Assembly (NCBI RefSeq): GCF_036507355.1
Contig: NZ_AP027877.1
DNA from: Escherichia coli
Lineage (GTDB): Bacteria > Pseudomonadota > Gammaproteobacteria > Enterobacterales > Enterobacteriaceae
Direction: 5' to 3' (one strand)
DNA: 64,000 bases
A program made the translations under genes and the position numbers. Of this stretch, positions 55,260 to 63,726 are shown in pieces. The notes under the pieces are model-generated. The model did not search any database. It had not been told where the DNA came from and saw nothing but the letters and a program-made list of their open reading frames with translations. Each line of letters opens with the position of its first letter. Position 1 is the stretch's first letter.

Positions 55260-55626
55260 GATTGTGCTCCTTTTGAAAGATGTCAGTAAAATTAACACAC
55301 ATTGTGAATGTCGTGTGTCCGGTAATGCGTTTTTACGACAATAATGCCTGCTTGAAATTGTAGATATTTGCACTACACCCTTTTAAATAAAGCACCAACA
55401 AATCTTCAAATTGCAGGACATATTCTTCTGCCAATATACCATTAAGAAAACATCAAGTTCCCGGCTTGCCAATTTATTAACGCCCATTATAGACGCTGAA
55501 ACAAGCCACGGACAAAGAAGATGCCAAAATTACCGGCAATGCAGAAAAACTCAACGAACTGTTAGGTTAAATGGATAATTTTGAATTTTGGTTCAATATA
55601 GTGACACTATAAAATTACTTTGTATC

Positions 55627-55649
55627 GGGCAGGTGCCCTGCCCTTTTTT
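55627..55649 (+). terminator. intrinsic terminator-like hairpin in non-coding spacer
   Basis: gggcagg-tgc-cctgccc followed by tttttt. Confidence 0.5.
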
Positions 55650-55712
55650 AGTTAAAAAGGGCTGAAAGAAGAAATACGCATCATTCATGGAAAACTCGCC
55701 GCGATATGGTAA

Positions 55713-56015
55713 TTCGCGGCATGGCAATTAACTTGCCAGTCAGAGGATATTGTTGTCCGTTATGGTAGCGAAGATTTTGCCATCAAACTTTTTAATGCAA
55801 CATTGCCGGAAGCAGAGACGGTAGCAGCCAGAGTGAAACAAGAACTTAAACTGGCAGCTATCCCGCATCAGGCATCTGCTGTTAGTGCGTTCGTTACGGT
55901 TAGTCACGGGATTACCTGGTCTGCTCCCGCCAAAACGGCTGAACAAATTATTTCAGATGCCGACGCCGCGTTATACCGGGCGAAAGCAAGTGGGCGAAAT
56001 CGATGGGCTTTATAA
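55713..56015 (+). pseudogene. C-terminal fragment of a GGDEF-domain diguanylate cyclase (no start codon, N-terminus absent)
   Basis: open frame translating ...EDIVVRYGSEDFAIKLFNATLPEAETVAARVKQEL...DADAALYRAKASGRNRWAL: degenerate RYGGEEF-type motif and typical GGDEF C-terminal end, but only about 100 codons and no upstream ATG. Confidence 0.6.
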
Positions 56016-56078
56016 CTATTAGGGGACTGGCTAGATTACGTATCTTCGCTCTTAACAAGGACTGACGGCAGGGCAAGA

Positions 56079-56570
56079 TTACGAAAGCCCGCTCCCCGCA
56101 AGGACTGACGCCAGATAGTTTCTGTCCATGGCTGCTTTTCGCATCTTATGTCTTAACCCTGCCTTGAATACCTTATCATTCGTCAAAATATTAATAGCAA
56201 TGTGCCGTATCCCTGGAAATAATTCTGCTGCATTTCCTCTTCTTATTTTGCAGTCGTCTTCATTCATTACCACGTCCAGACGCCAGTGCAGCTTATTCTC
56301 CACGTGCCAGTGGTTTCGGATTGCTGTGGCGAACTTCTCTGCGGTTAAATCAGCAGAACTGATATAATATCTGACCGTCATTTCTGGCTCTTTCTTTTGT
56401 TCTGCTATTATGGACCGAAAGGAGACTGCCACGCATAATTTCTTCAGCCCTTTCCATTCAAACGTGAAATCAATAAGTTCATCAGGAACATCGCAAACAA
56501 TATGAAGACGGATTTCTTCTCTGCCGTGACTAAAATGCGAATTATTTAGTACAAAAAAAGCGGCGCACCT
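56079..56570 (-). pseudogene. ISAs1-family (H-repeat-associated) transposase, 3' remnant
   Basis: translation ...[78 protein letters not shown]... matches C-terminal part of YdcC/YhhI-type H-repeat proteins; upstream part missing (upper limit approximate). Confidence 0.7.
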
Positions 56571-56636
56571 TGTTCTTTCCCAGATTCCTAATATGGCAAC
56601 TTTAAGTTATCGCCGTCTATACTTATAGAAATTTCA

Positions 56637-57092
56637 TCAGGGGTGACATAAATAGAATTTTTTTTCATCCTCAATTGCCCATAACTGATTAATAAAAAAG
56701 TGTTTTTTATCATCTAATAACAAATCATCACATGTAGTAAAATTATTAATATCAAAAAAATCATCAGCACAATTAATTTTTAAATTTAAAAAATAAAGAA
56801 AAATATTATTGATTGATTTGAGTGTAAACCACTTGTCATTAACAAATTTATAGCCAGATGATTTTATAAAATAATAATTATCTCCTGGTATAAAGGCATA
56901 CATATCATTTAAGGTTATACTCAACAAAAAACTACGACCTGGTTTAATAGTATTCCAGCGTTCAGGATTCGTATTAATTTCAAAAGGACATGAACCACCT
57001 AAGTAGTCCAACGTGATATTCCCAGAGTTGATCCTGGATGGTTTTTTGCATATCGCATCATATTCATCTCCTTTTCCATCTTTTACTTTCAT
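56637..57092 (-). CDS. hypothetical protein, AT-rich; candidate immunity/accessory protein
   Basis: 151-aa ORF; start ATG overlaps stop of upstream ORF (ATGA); no recognisable domain. Confidence 0.4.
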   Translation of the reverse strand: MKVKDGKGDEYDAICKKPSRINSGNITLDYLGGSCPFEINTNPERWNTIKPGRSFLLSITLNDMYAFIPGDNYYFIKSSGYKFVNDKWFTLKSINNIFLYFLNLKINCADDFFDINNFTTCDDLLLDDKKHFFINQLWAIEDEKKFYLCHP

Positions 57093-57379
57093 AGGTAGAT
57101 AATATTTAGAAAAAAATACGTGGTAGAGCTATTGTTAGTAAAGGTTATGTTAGCAAAAATCCTGTTATTTTTTTTACTCATAGCTAATTGAGCATTGACA
57201 TCCGCTATATAATTTATATGATTACATTTTTTCTTACACTCATCATAATTTTCGATAGGATAAATTAATGGCCTTCCTTTGATATCTCTCTCAAGCCCAA
57301 ACCCGTATTTTTTTATTAAAACCATTTCATCCGCAGTCGATTGAAAGGAATAGAAAAATATAATATTTACGATTGTCAT
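57089..57379 (-). CDS. hypothetical small protein, candidate immunity protein for the upstream HExxH toxin
   Basis: 96-aa ORF directly downstream of the metallopeptidase-like gene; hydrophobic N-terminus; AT-rich. Confidence 0.35.
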   Translation of the reverse strand: MTIVNIIFFYSFQSTADEMVLIKKYGFGLERDIKGRPLIYPIENYDECKKKCNHINYIADVNAQLAMSKKNNRIFANITFTNNSSTTYFFLNIIYL

Positions 57380-57431
57380 TATTATGATTTTTTTATAGCT
57401 TGCAGCATTAATATATTTCTCGACTTATTAG

Positions 57432-58223
57432 TTAATGGAGAAGTGTTTTTTCTAATTCCGCTATTTTTTTCTTAACTGAATTGCTTAATATTTCATCATT
57501 AATCGAGTCTATCTCACTTTCAATTAATCTTATTTCAAAATATCTTTCTATGTTATATGCATTCTCAAATATTTGATCTTTTTGTTTAGAGATCAGTTTA
57601 GTTGCAATACGGATATGTTCGTCATATGAAACTTCATCCTCTTTGCACGTTGAATATTTATCAGTAGTTGTATAATCCTGTGACCACATACCACCTTTTT
57701 TATTATCCCCATAATACCACTGAATATGAGACATTTCATGACATAAAGTAGCAACATGAGAATCCTTTCCCGTTACTGGATTTTTTTTGCCATCTCTATA
57801 CTCAAATTTTGCGCCTATGTTAATTATATAGGGCATATCCTTACTTGGGCTGACGAATGCTGCAAATTCATTACAACCTGTATAATTTATAAAACTGCTC
57901 ATTGTTAAATCATTAGCTATAATCATTAATCTTCTCACGCCATCCATCATAAGAAATCTAGCATTCATGCGCCTACCTGTATTATGTCCATATTTTCTTA
58001 TATTAACTTCCTTATTTCCTTTAACACCAAAGATCTTACTGAAATAATATTCCTCCTGTGCTCCCCATCTCAAAAGATCATCTGCTCTTTTTATCAAAAC
58101 CAACTTTTGTGCCTTACGAGCCTTATCAATCATTATTTTAAAATGATCAGTTATTTTTTGCTCTTTCACACATTCTTCTGGCTCTGGCTTTGGTTGTCCA
58201 GAAGTTTGATTATTATCGTCCAT
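57432..58223 (-). CDS. HExxH zinc-metallopeptidase-like putative toxin (orphan effector module)
   Basis: ORF 57432..58280; likely start at Met20 (MDDNNQ..., 58223) with SD ggaagga upstream; motif ATLCHEMSHIQWYYGD (HExxH); very AT-rich; sits in T6SS cargo island. Confidence 0.55.
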   Translation of the reverse strand: MDDNNQTSGQPKPEPEECVKEQKITDHFKIMIDKARKAQKLVLIKRADDLLRWGAQEEYYFSKIFGVKGNKEVNIRKYGHNTGRRMNARFLMMDGVRRLMIIANDLTMSSFINYTGCNEFAAFVSPSKDMPYIINIGAKFEYRDGKKNPVTGKDSHVATLCHEMSHIQWYYGDNKKGGMWSQDYTTTDKYSTCKEDEVSYDEHIRIATKLISKQKDQIFENAYNIERYFEIRLIESEIDSINDEILSNSVKKKIAELEKTLLH

Positions 58224-58410
58224 AGTGTCCTTCCATTGAGAGAAAATCATCATTCGCAAATAGCAACTAAAAAGCAGCATTACTTGACCTTTCCCTGCAT
58301 AACAATATTTATAAAATAATACGTTTTATGATCTCACCTTGGGCTCCCAACAAGATAATTTCAGTTTTAAAGACTTTCACGAAAAAAATATAGAAATACC
58401 TCACCACCCT

Positions 58411-58701
58411 TCACTTACCAATTAATCTCACAGGAAATCCAACTTCCTTACCACAAATACAATCCCAAGTAACACCTCCCAAAATTTTTGATACTTTAGG
58501 CTGCAATGGCATTATTGACATTATAAATTTATCAAGTTCTTCGCTATATTTAATTCCCTTTATATTTCTTATTATTGATATTCTAGCAGTAAAGATAGCC
58601 GTCTCTCCATCTACACTAAAAGTGTAATTACAATTTTTTGTAATCTCATCAAATTCAACCGATAACAAATCAATATTATGGTTTGTAAACACTATGCCCA
58701 T
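58411..58701 (-). CDS. small protein, candidate cognate immunity protein
   Basis: 96-aa ORF whose start overlaps the 3' end of the effector gene by 26 nt; no signal peptide evident. Confidence 0.45.
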   Translation of the reverse strand: MGIVFTNHNIDLLSVEFDEITKNCNYTFSVDGETAIFTARISIIRNIKGIKYSEELDKFIMSIMPLQPKVSKILGGVTWDCICGKEVGFPVRLIGK

Positions 58702-60115
58702 TCCATACCTCCTTAAATTCCTGTTCAGTCATCAGATATCGACTCCCTTGATATGGATCATATATTATCACATTCCCAGCATCATCAACACCCTTAACAA
58801 GTACCCAATGCCCTACTTTACTTCCAGAATCCCACATCATTGCTCCCCATGAACCAGTATTACTGAGGGCATATAAACTAGATTCGCTCACTGCATTCCC
58901 TTCCCAGCCGACATCAAATTTATTAAGCTTGTTTGCCAGCGACGTCATAGATGTTAATTCTGTTCCAATTACATTTTGCGTGACAAAAATATACCTATCC
59001 CTAAGCAACATTTCCCCACAGGCCGCTCCACAGCCTGTTAAAGTCAATTGCTTTATTACATTTGAATCTAAAACCTCATCAAATACTGTCCAATTGCCAC
59101 CAGCACCACCTTCTAAAACTACCGGCTCTACAAATACTTTCCCAGAGATATTTTCTTCTGGTATTTTTGCGGGTATCATAAAGCCCCATAAAAAGCTGGC
59201 AAAATGCTCCAGAGCAATCTGATCACCATTATTTGCATCCATTATCATTTTTTTAAGTGCATCCCATGCTTGCCCATTTATCAATGAATCACTAATATTA
59301 AATAAAGCCTGTTCTTTTTCGTTTAAATTTATATTTGCCTGTTCACATAACCCATCTTCGCCTATCGGGCAAGCAACCGTTGCCGTTGCCGTATCTAACA
59401 GAGCATCGAATGTAACTAAGGCTAAATCCGCCACACCATGTAAAGTGGTGATTGCTCCATTCCCCATTTGAGTAAGTGTGTTCTCTACAAACCATTCTCT
59501 AATTTGAGATTTATCTCCTTCAATATCATTCCTGAGAGATTCTCTGATATTCTTTATTGAAAAAAACTCCCCCCATGATTGGTCAGGATCTTTTATTTGG
59601 AATAAATCATTTTTAACCTCAGGTGAAATATCTCCGTCAAAAATATTACCAACAGAGAGGAGATCCTTCAGAAGCAGTAAATCGTGTATTACTTCAGCAG
59701 TCCTTTCATAATTAAAAGTTCTATCAATGACAGAAATCATTGGTGATTTTATTTTGGTATATAATTTACCAAGGCAGTTATGGTTATTAATCCCAACAAC
59801 TGAACCATGATAAGCGACAGGTCTCCCCTCTATTGTTACAGTCGGACTTCCCGTTAAAATAACGCAGTCACCTGTTCCTTGAGATGTACCAGATATGACA
59901 CCTTTACCGGCATTACTTTGAGTTCCAGCAATCACTGAACCAACATTTAAAGCTCTGCATCCACGCGCCCATACCGTTGAACTGTACTGCCTTTCACTAT
60001 CTAAAGTCTGGTAACTGTCAAAAGGAACCTTGTCACCTCCTACTTCACATACATCTGGTGAAGAGCACACGACTTTAAATCTACATTCACCATCCCCGAT
60101 ATGATAGCTACCCAT
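58676..60115 (-). CDS. T6SS effector candidate: N-terminal PAAR-like (DUF4150-type) domain fused to C-terminal papain/C39-like cysteine peptidase domain
   Basis: 479-aa ORF; N-terminus contains SPDVC and GDCVILTGSPTVTIEGRPVAYHGS segments typical of PAAR-like domains; C-terminus has GCGAACGEML (candidate nucleophile Cys) and GHWVLVKGVDDAGNVIIYDPYQG (His/Asp), the order seen in Peptidase_C39-like/papain-fold domains. Confidence 0.6.
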   Translation of the reverse strand: MGSYHIGDGECRFKVVCSSPDVCEVGGDKVPFDSYQTLDSERQYSSTVWARGCRALNVGSVIAGTQSNAGKGVISGTSQGTGDCVILTGSPTVTIEGRPVAYHGSVVGINNHNCLGKLYTKIKSPMISVIDRTFNYERTAEVIHDLLLLKDLLSVGNIFDGDISPEVKNDLFQIKDPDQSWGEFFSIKNIRESLRNDIEGDKSQIREWFVENTLTQMGNGAITTLHGVADLALVTFDALLDTATATVACPIGEDGLCEQANINLNEKEQALFNISDSLINGQAWDALKKMIMDANNGDQIALEHFASFLWGFMIPAKIPEENISGKVFVEPVVLEGGAGGNWTVFDEVLDSNVIKQLTLTGCGAACGEMLLRDRYIFVTQNVIGTELTSMTSLANKLNKFDVGWEGNAVSESSLYALSNTGSWGAMMWDSGSKVGHWVLVKGVDDAGNVIIYDPYQGSRYLMTEQEFKEVWNGHSVYKP

Positions 60116-60698
60116 AATATTTTTTTCCTATACATTCAGGAATAATACAACTCAGCACTCCTTCTTTCATTCCAAAAAAATCAGGTATTGTCAATCTCCA
60201 GGTAAGGTATATTTCCTGTCGATTTAAATCGATAACCATTGTATCCGCAACAGGTAAGAACATATGAGATGTATTATGCTTGGTTTTTAATATAAGTACA
60301 GGTCGTATACCTGGCAATTTTGTCTTAACAACCTGTTCAAATTTAAAAAAACCTTCAAGAGTGATGTTTTCATCGCCAGAGAGAAACCCCGCGTATATCA
60401 TATCCGGATGAGCACTATTGTAGAACCTCTCATCAAAATCATCCGGCAAATAGGGATAGCGCTTTTCACGCCATACTTCATTGTAGGTTCCTGCATACTG
60501 GAGGCGACTTTTCCACCATCGAGATACAGGGCCAACGCCTTGAAAAAAGTCAGATTCCCCATTAAAAATGGTAGCGTTTTCTGACAAAGCAGAGCTGGTT
60601 ATTTGTGGGAGTTTATATTGACAACTTGTATTAAGTTGGGAAATATCAGGATAATATCCACAACCTACAGGGTTTGCTGAAAAAACCAATTTTCCCAT
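60108..60698 (-). CDS. hypothetical protein, possibly 5'-truncated adaptor (DUF2169-like) for the downstream PAAR-like effector
   Basis: 196-aa ORF between vgrG and the PAAR-like effector; frame stays open upstream of the annotated Met without a start; assignment by gene-order analogy only. Confidence 0.3.
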   Translation of the reverse strand: MGKLVFSANPVGCGYYPDISQLNTSCQYKLPQITSSALSENATIFNGESDFFQGVGPVSRWWKSRLQYAGTYNEVWREKRYPYLPDDFDERFYNSAHPDMIYAGFLSGDENITLEGFFKFEQVVKTKLPGIRPVLILKTKHNTSHMFLPVADTMVIDLNRQEIYLTWRLTIPDFFGMKEGVLSCIIPECIGKKYYG

Positions 60699-61517
60699 AC
60701 CATCTGGTTGCCAAATACCACCGTAAGCAAGCTCATAGCGTAGAGGAATATTAATAATTTTATCGTGAGATGCTGATCGTTCGCTACCACAATCTTCTGA
60801 TCATGACTGCCTTCCTTCTTACTCCCAACATTCACCGTCTGACCCACACCCACCGTAATTTTCTGGTTATTGGTTATGGTTTCCGTGTGGTCGTGTTTCA
60901 CCGTCGTCGTCCGGTCATTCAGCACCTCCGTATCCATGTTCTTCTGCGCATGGATATACACCTGCTCATTACTGGTGGCGTCTTCAAACCGCAGCTCGTT
61001 AAATCCGCTTCCTTTATAGGTTTTTGACCGGATGGTCATCTGCGTCTTCGTTCCCGGCAGGTCGCCCGGCGAACGGTTGTCCTCATGGTAGGTCCGCCCC
61101 ATGATTATCGGCTGGTCCGGGTCGCCGTTCAGAAAATCAACAATCACCTCCTGGCCCACCCGCGGTATCGCCAGGTTACCGAACCCCGGCCCCGCCCACG
61201 CCTGCGATACCCGCACCCAGCATGAACTCGCCTCCGTCATCCCGTGATAACGGTCCCAGTGGAACTTCACCCGTACCCGGCCATGTTCATCGCAGAAGAT
61301 TTCCTCTCCCGCAGGCCCGGTGACAATGGCACTCTGCGGCCCGTCCACCTTCGGTTTGCTTTGCAGCCGTGGACGCCACGTCCGGTCCGCCGGTATCACC
61401 TCTAACTGATTTCCCAGCGTGGTTCCTCTCCCTTGGCTGCCGTGCAGCGCCTGCGGCTGGTTTCCTGACAGAATGCTCTGTACCACCTGCCATTCACGGT
61501 TCAGCATCTTCTGCGGA
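60665..61517 (-). pseudogene. vgrG: vgrG (T6SS spike), distal part, downstream of IS insertion; 3' end abruptly AT-rich
   Basis: translation ...PQKMLNREWQVVQSILSGNQPQALHGSQGRGTTLGNQLEVIPADRTWRPRLQSKPKVDGPQSAIVTGPAGEEIFCDEHGRVRVKFHWDR... (gp5-like region); continues the reading frame of the proximal part across the insertion. Confidence 0.85.
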
Positions 61518-61560
61518 TGAGGTGTACTGGCAATAGCGGACACTACCATTTGTTCTTTTT

Positions 61561-62379
61561 TTAAGCAGCCATCTGATGATATTTTTCCCTGAAGGCTGCC
61601 GGGGAGATATTCCCCAGACGAGAGTGACGACGCTGACGATTGTAGAAAATCTCAATGTATTCCCGTATTACTGAGATGGCTTCATCCCGGTTATTAAAAC
61701 GATAGTGGCTCAGGCTCTCATTTTTCAGCGTTCCCCAGAAGCTTTCCATCGGAGCGTTGTCGTAACAGTTACCTTTACGCGACATTGATGTTTTCAGACC
61801 AAACTGCTCCTGTATGACCCGGTAATCGTATGCGCAGTACTGTGAACCTCGATCAGAGTGGTGGATTAGCCCGGCAGGTGGGCGCTGTCTCCTGAGCGCC
61901 ATAAACAGGGCTTTACCTGTCAGCTCTTTTGTCATGCGCTCTCCCATGGCGTAGCCGACAATTTCGCACGTATAAACATCTTTGATGCCAGCGAGGTACA
62001 ACCATCCCTCCTGTGTGGCAACATACGTCAGGTCCGCCACCCAGACCTGATTTGGTGCTGTAGGAGCGAACGTCTGGTTCAGCAGATTTGGCGCAACTGG
62101 CAGATTGTGGTTCGAGTTCGTAGTCGCTCTGAACTTGCGTTTCTGCTTACAGCGTAGCCTTAGCTCCTTACGAAGACGTGCCAGTCGGTCACGACCAACG
62201 ATGATGCCATTCTCTGCCAGCTCCGTCTGGAGCCGCCGGGTTCCATATGTTTCGCGAGTGCGGATATGTGCCACCTTAATCTCCAGTTTTAGCCGCTCAT
62301 CACTTTGTTTTCTGTCTGAGGGTTCATGCTGTACCCAGTTGTAATAACCGCTCCTGGATACACCAAATACCTGACACAT
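61561..62379 (-). CDS. IS3-family transposase OrfB (DDE integrase domain; expressed as OrfAB by -1 frameshift)
   Basis: 272-aa ORF with DDE-type region (...VWVADLTYV...HHSDRGSQY...CYDNAPMESFW...). Confidence 0.85.
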   Translation of the reverse strand: MCQVFGVSRSGYYNWVQHEPSDRKQSDERLKLEIKVAHIRTRETYGTRRLQTELAENGIIVGRDRLARLRKELRLRCKQKRKFRATTNSNHNLPVAPNLLNQTFAPTAPNQVWVADLTYVATQEGWLYLAGIKDVYTCEIVGYAMGERMTKELTGKALFMALRRQRPPAGLIHHSDRGSQYCAYDYRVIQEQFGLKTSMSRKGNCYDNAPMESFWGTLKNESLSHYRFNNRDEAISVIREYIEIFYNRQRRHSRLGNISPAAFREKYHQMAA

Positions 62380-62414
62380 CGCTTCAATGGGAAATTGTTG
62401 TCGCCATTGTTCGA

Positions 62415-62717
62415 TTAACGCGTATTTTTCAGCGACTCCTGTGCAAAATACGCTGTTGCTTTTTTTAATATATCTCGCTCAAGGCGAGCTTCATTTAACG
62501 CCTTACGCAGTTGCAGAATTTCAGATTCCAGTTCAGCCACCGTGCGGGAACCAGGAGTACCGAGCCCTTTTCTGGCGGCGGTAACCCATTGTCCTAAAGT
62601 GCCTTCAGGAAGAGATAATCGGGAAGCGCCTTCACTGATCGAAAGTTGATTTTCAAGAACCGTTCTGACAGCTTCGGCTTTGAACTCTTTAGAGTAACGT
62701 TGGGTTTTTCTGCTCAT
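62415..62717 (-). CDS. IS3-family transposase OrfA (HTH)
   Basis: 100-aa ORF MSRKTQRYSKEFKAEAVRTVLENQLSISEGASRLSLPEGTLGQW...; slippery heptamer at about 62449-62456 near its 3' end. Confidence 0.85.
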   Translation of the reverse strand: MSRKTQRYSKEFKAEAVRTVLENQLSISEGASRLSLPEGTLGQWVTAARKGLGTPGSRTVAELESEILQLRKALNEARLERDILKKATAYFAQESLKNTR

Positions 62718-62781
62718 TATTAGCTCCTTCTGATGCCATTCTATTTCAGGAAGGAGTGTCCGTTAAACTCAGGCTACCTCA

Positions 62782-63707
62782 GGATGCCCCGTCAGCGTAA
62801 ACCGCGTTCCCGGCCACAGCCTCGGCGAATTACTCTGCCCTGTGGCCTTTTCCGCATCACTGCGCAGGCTCTCCATCTGGTACAGCGTGAAATCCTTGCC
62901 GTGCTGCTCATCCTTGAACCTTCCCGGATAATCAAATATTTCATACTGCGCCAGCTGTCCGTTCAGGTTCTCACCCTGCTGCTCATACATCCCCGGCCAG
63001 TCCGGCACCTTAAACGTGTAATCCTGGCTCTGCACCGACGACGGGCGGACATGCGCCTCATAACGGAACATACTGAGACACTCCGTCTCCGCTCCTGCCG
63101 ATGTGTCCGGGTTAAACGGAAGCTCTCCCGCCTGTGACAGCCCCGCCACATCGTCGCACAGCGTCAGCTTCTGCTCCGGACTGTCCGCCGCAAACCGCTC
63201 AAAGAAGAAAATTCCCTCCTCCGCCCACAGCCGGGACAGAAACGCCAGGTCGCTTTCCCCGTACTGGACACAGAACTCCCGCGCCGGATGGTCCTCATAA
63301 AACAGCGGCGTCCACTCCGTGACGCCGTTCTCGTTCAGTAACGTGGCCGATATCGTCCGGATATCCTGCTGCTGGAAGATACGGAAGTTCTGCCGCAGCC
63401 CGCACCGCCATAACGGCGGCTCAATACGCAGGTGATAACGCATCTGCCAGCCGTTATTCTCCTGCATACCAAAACCCGCCACCACGCCGGTGACATAACG
63501 CTGCGCCACTGCGCCCTGCCAGATGGTCAGCGTCGCCTTCTTCTCCAGCAGCATCTCCGCCGTCTGCATAAAAGAGTCGCTGGCAACATCCACACTCATC
63601 ACAAACGGATATGACTGGCTCTGGATTAACCGGAAGCTCACCACTGCAAAGGTGTCCGGCTCCTGGCCGTCAACCTCCAGCGTAAAGCGAAGACCTTTTA
63701 ATGACAT
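62782..63707 (-). pseudogene. vgrG: vgrG (T6SS spike), proximal part (gp27-like), upstream of IS insertion
   Basis: MSLKGLRFTLEVDGQEPDTFAVVSFRLIQSQS... typical VgrG N-terminus; reading frame runs into the IS end (adds EVA then stop). Confidence 0.85.
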
Positions 63708-63726
63708 AAATACCTCTCAGACATAT

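Larger units (their letters stand above)
61518..62781 (-). mobile_element. IS3-family insertion sequence (IS600-like), 1264 bp, inserted in vgrG
   Basis: imperfect terminal inverted repeats tgaggtagcctgagtttaacggacactcc / tgaggtgtactggcaatagcggacactacc; flanked by 3-bp direct repeat gga (61515-61517 and 62782-62784); orfA/orfB with A_AAA_AAG slippery site. Confidence 0.85.

Noticed and set aside
55380-55626. Short open frames in the pptA-to-GGDEF-fragment spacer (for example a frame ending ...KEDAKITGNAEKLNELLG)
   Set aside because: No start codon or RBS and no recognisable domain; probably non-coding or a degraded gene remnant; only the terminator-like hairpin at 55627-55649 is reported
62387-63137. 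+ strand ORFs of 65-134 aa overlapping the IS element and vgrG
   Set aside because: Antisense to the IS transposase and vgrG coding sequence; arginine-rich spurious translations
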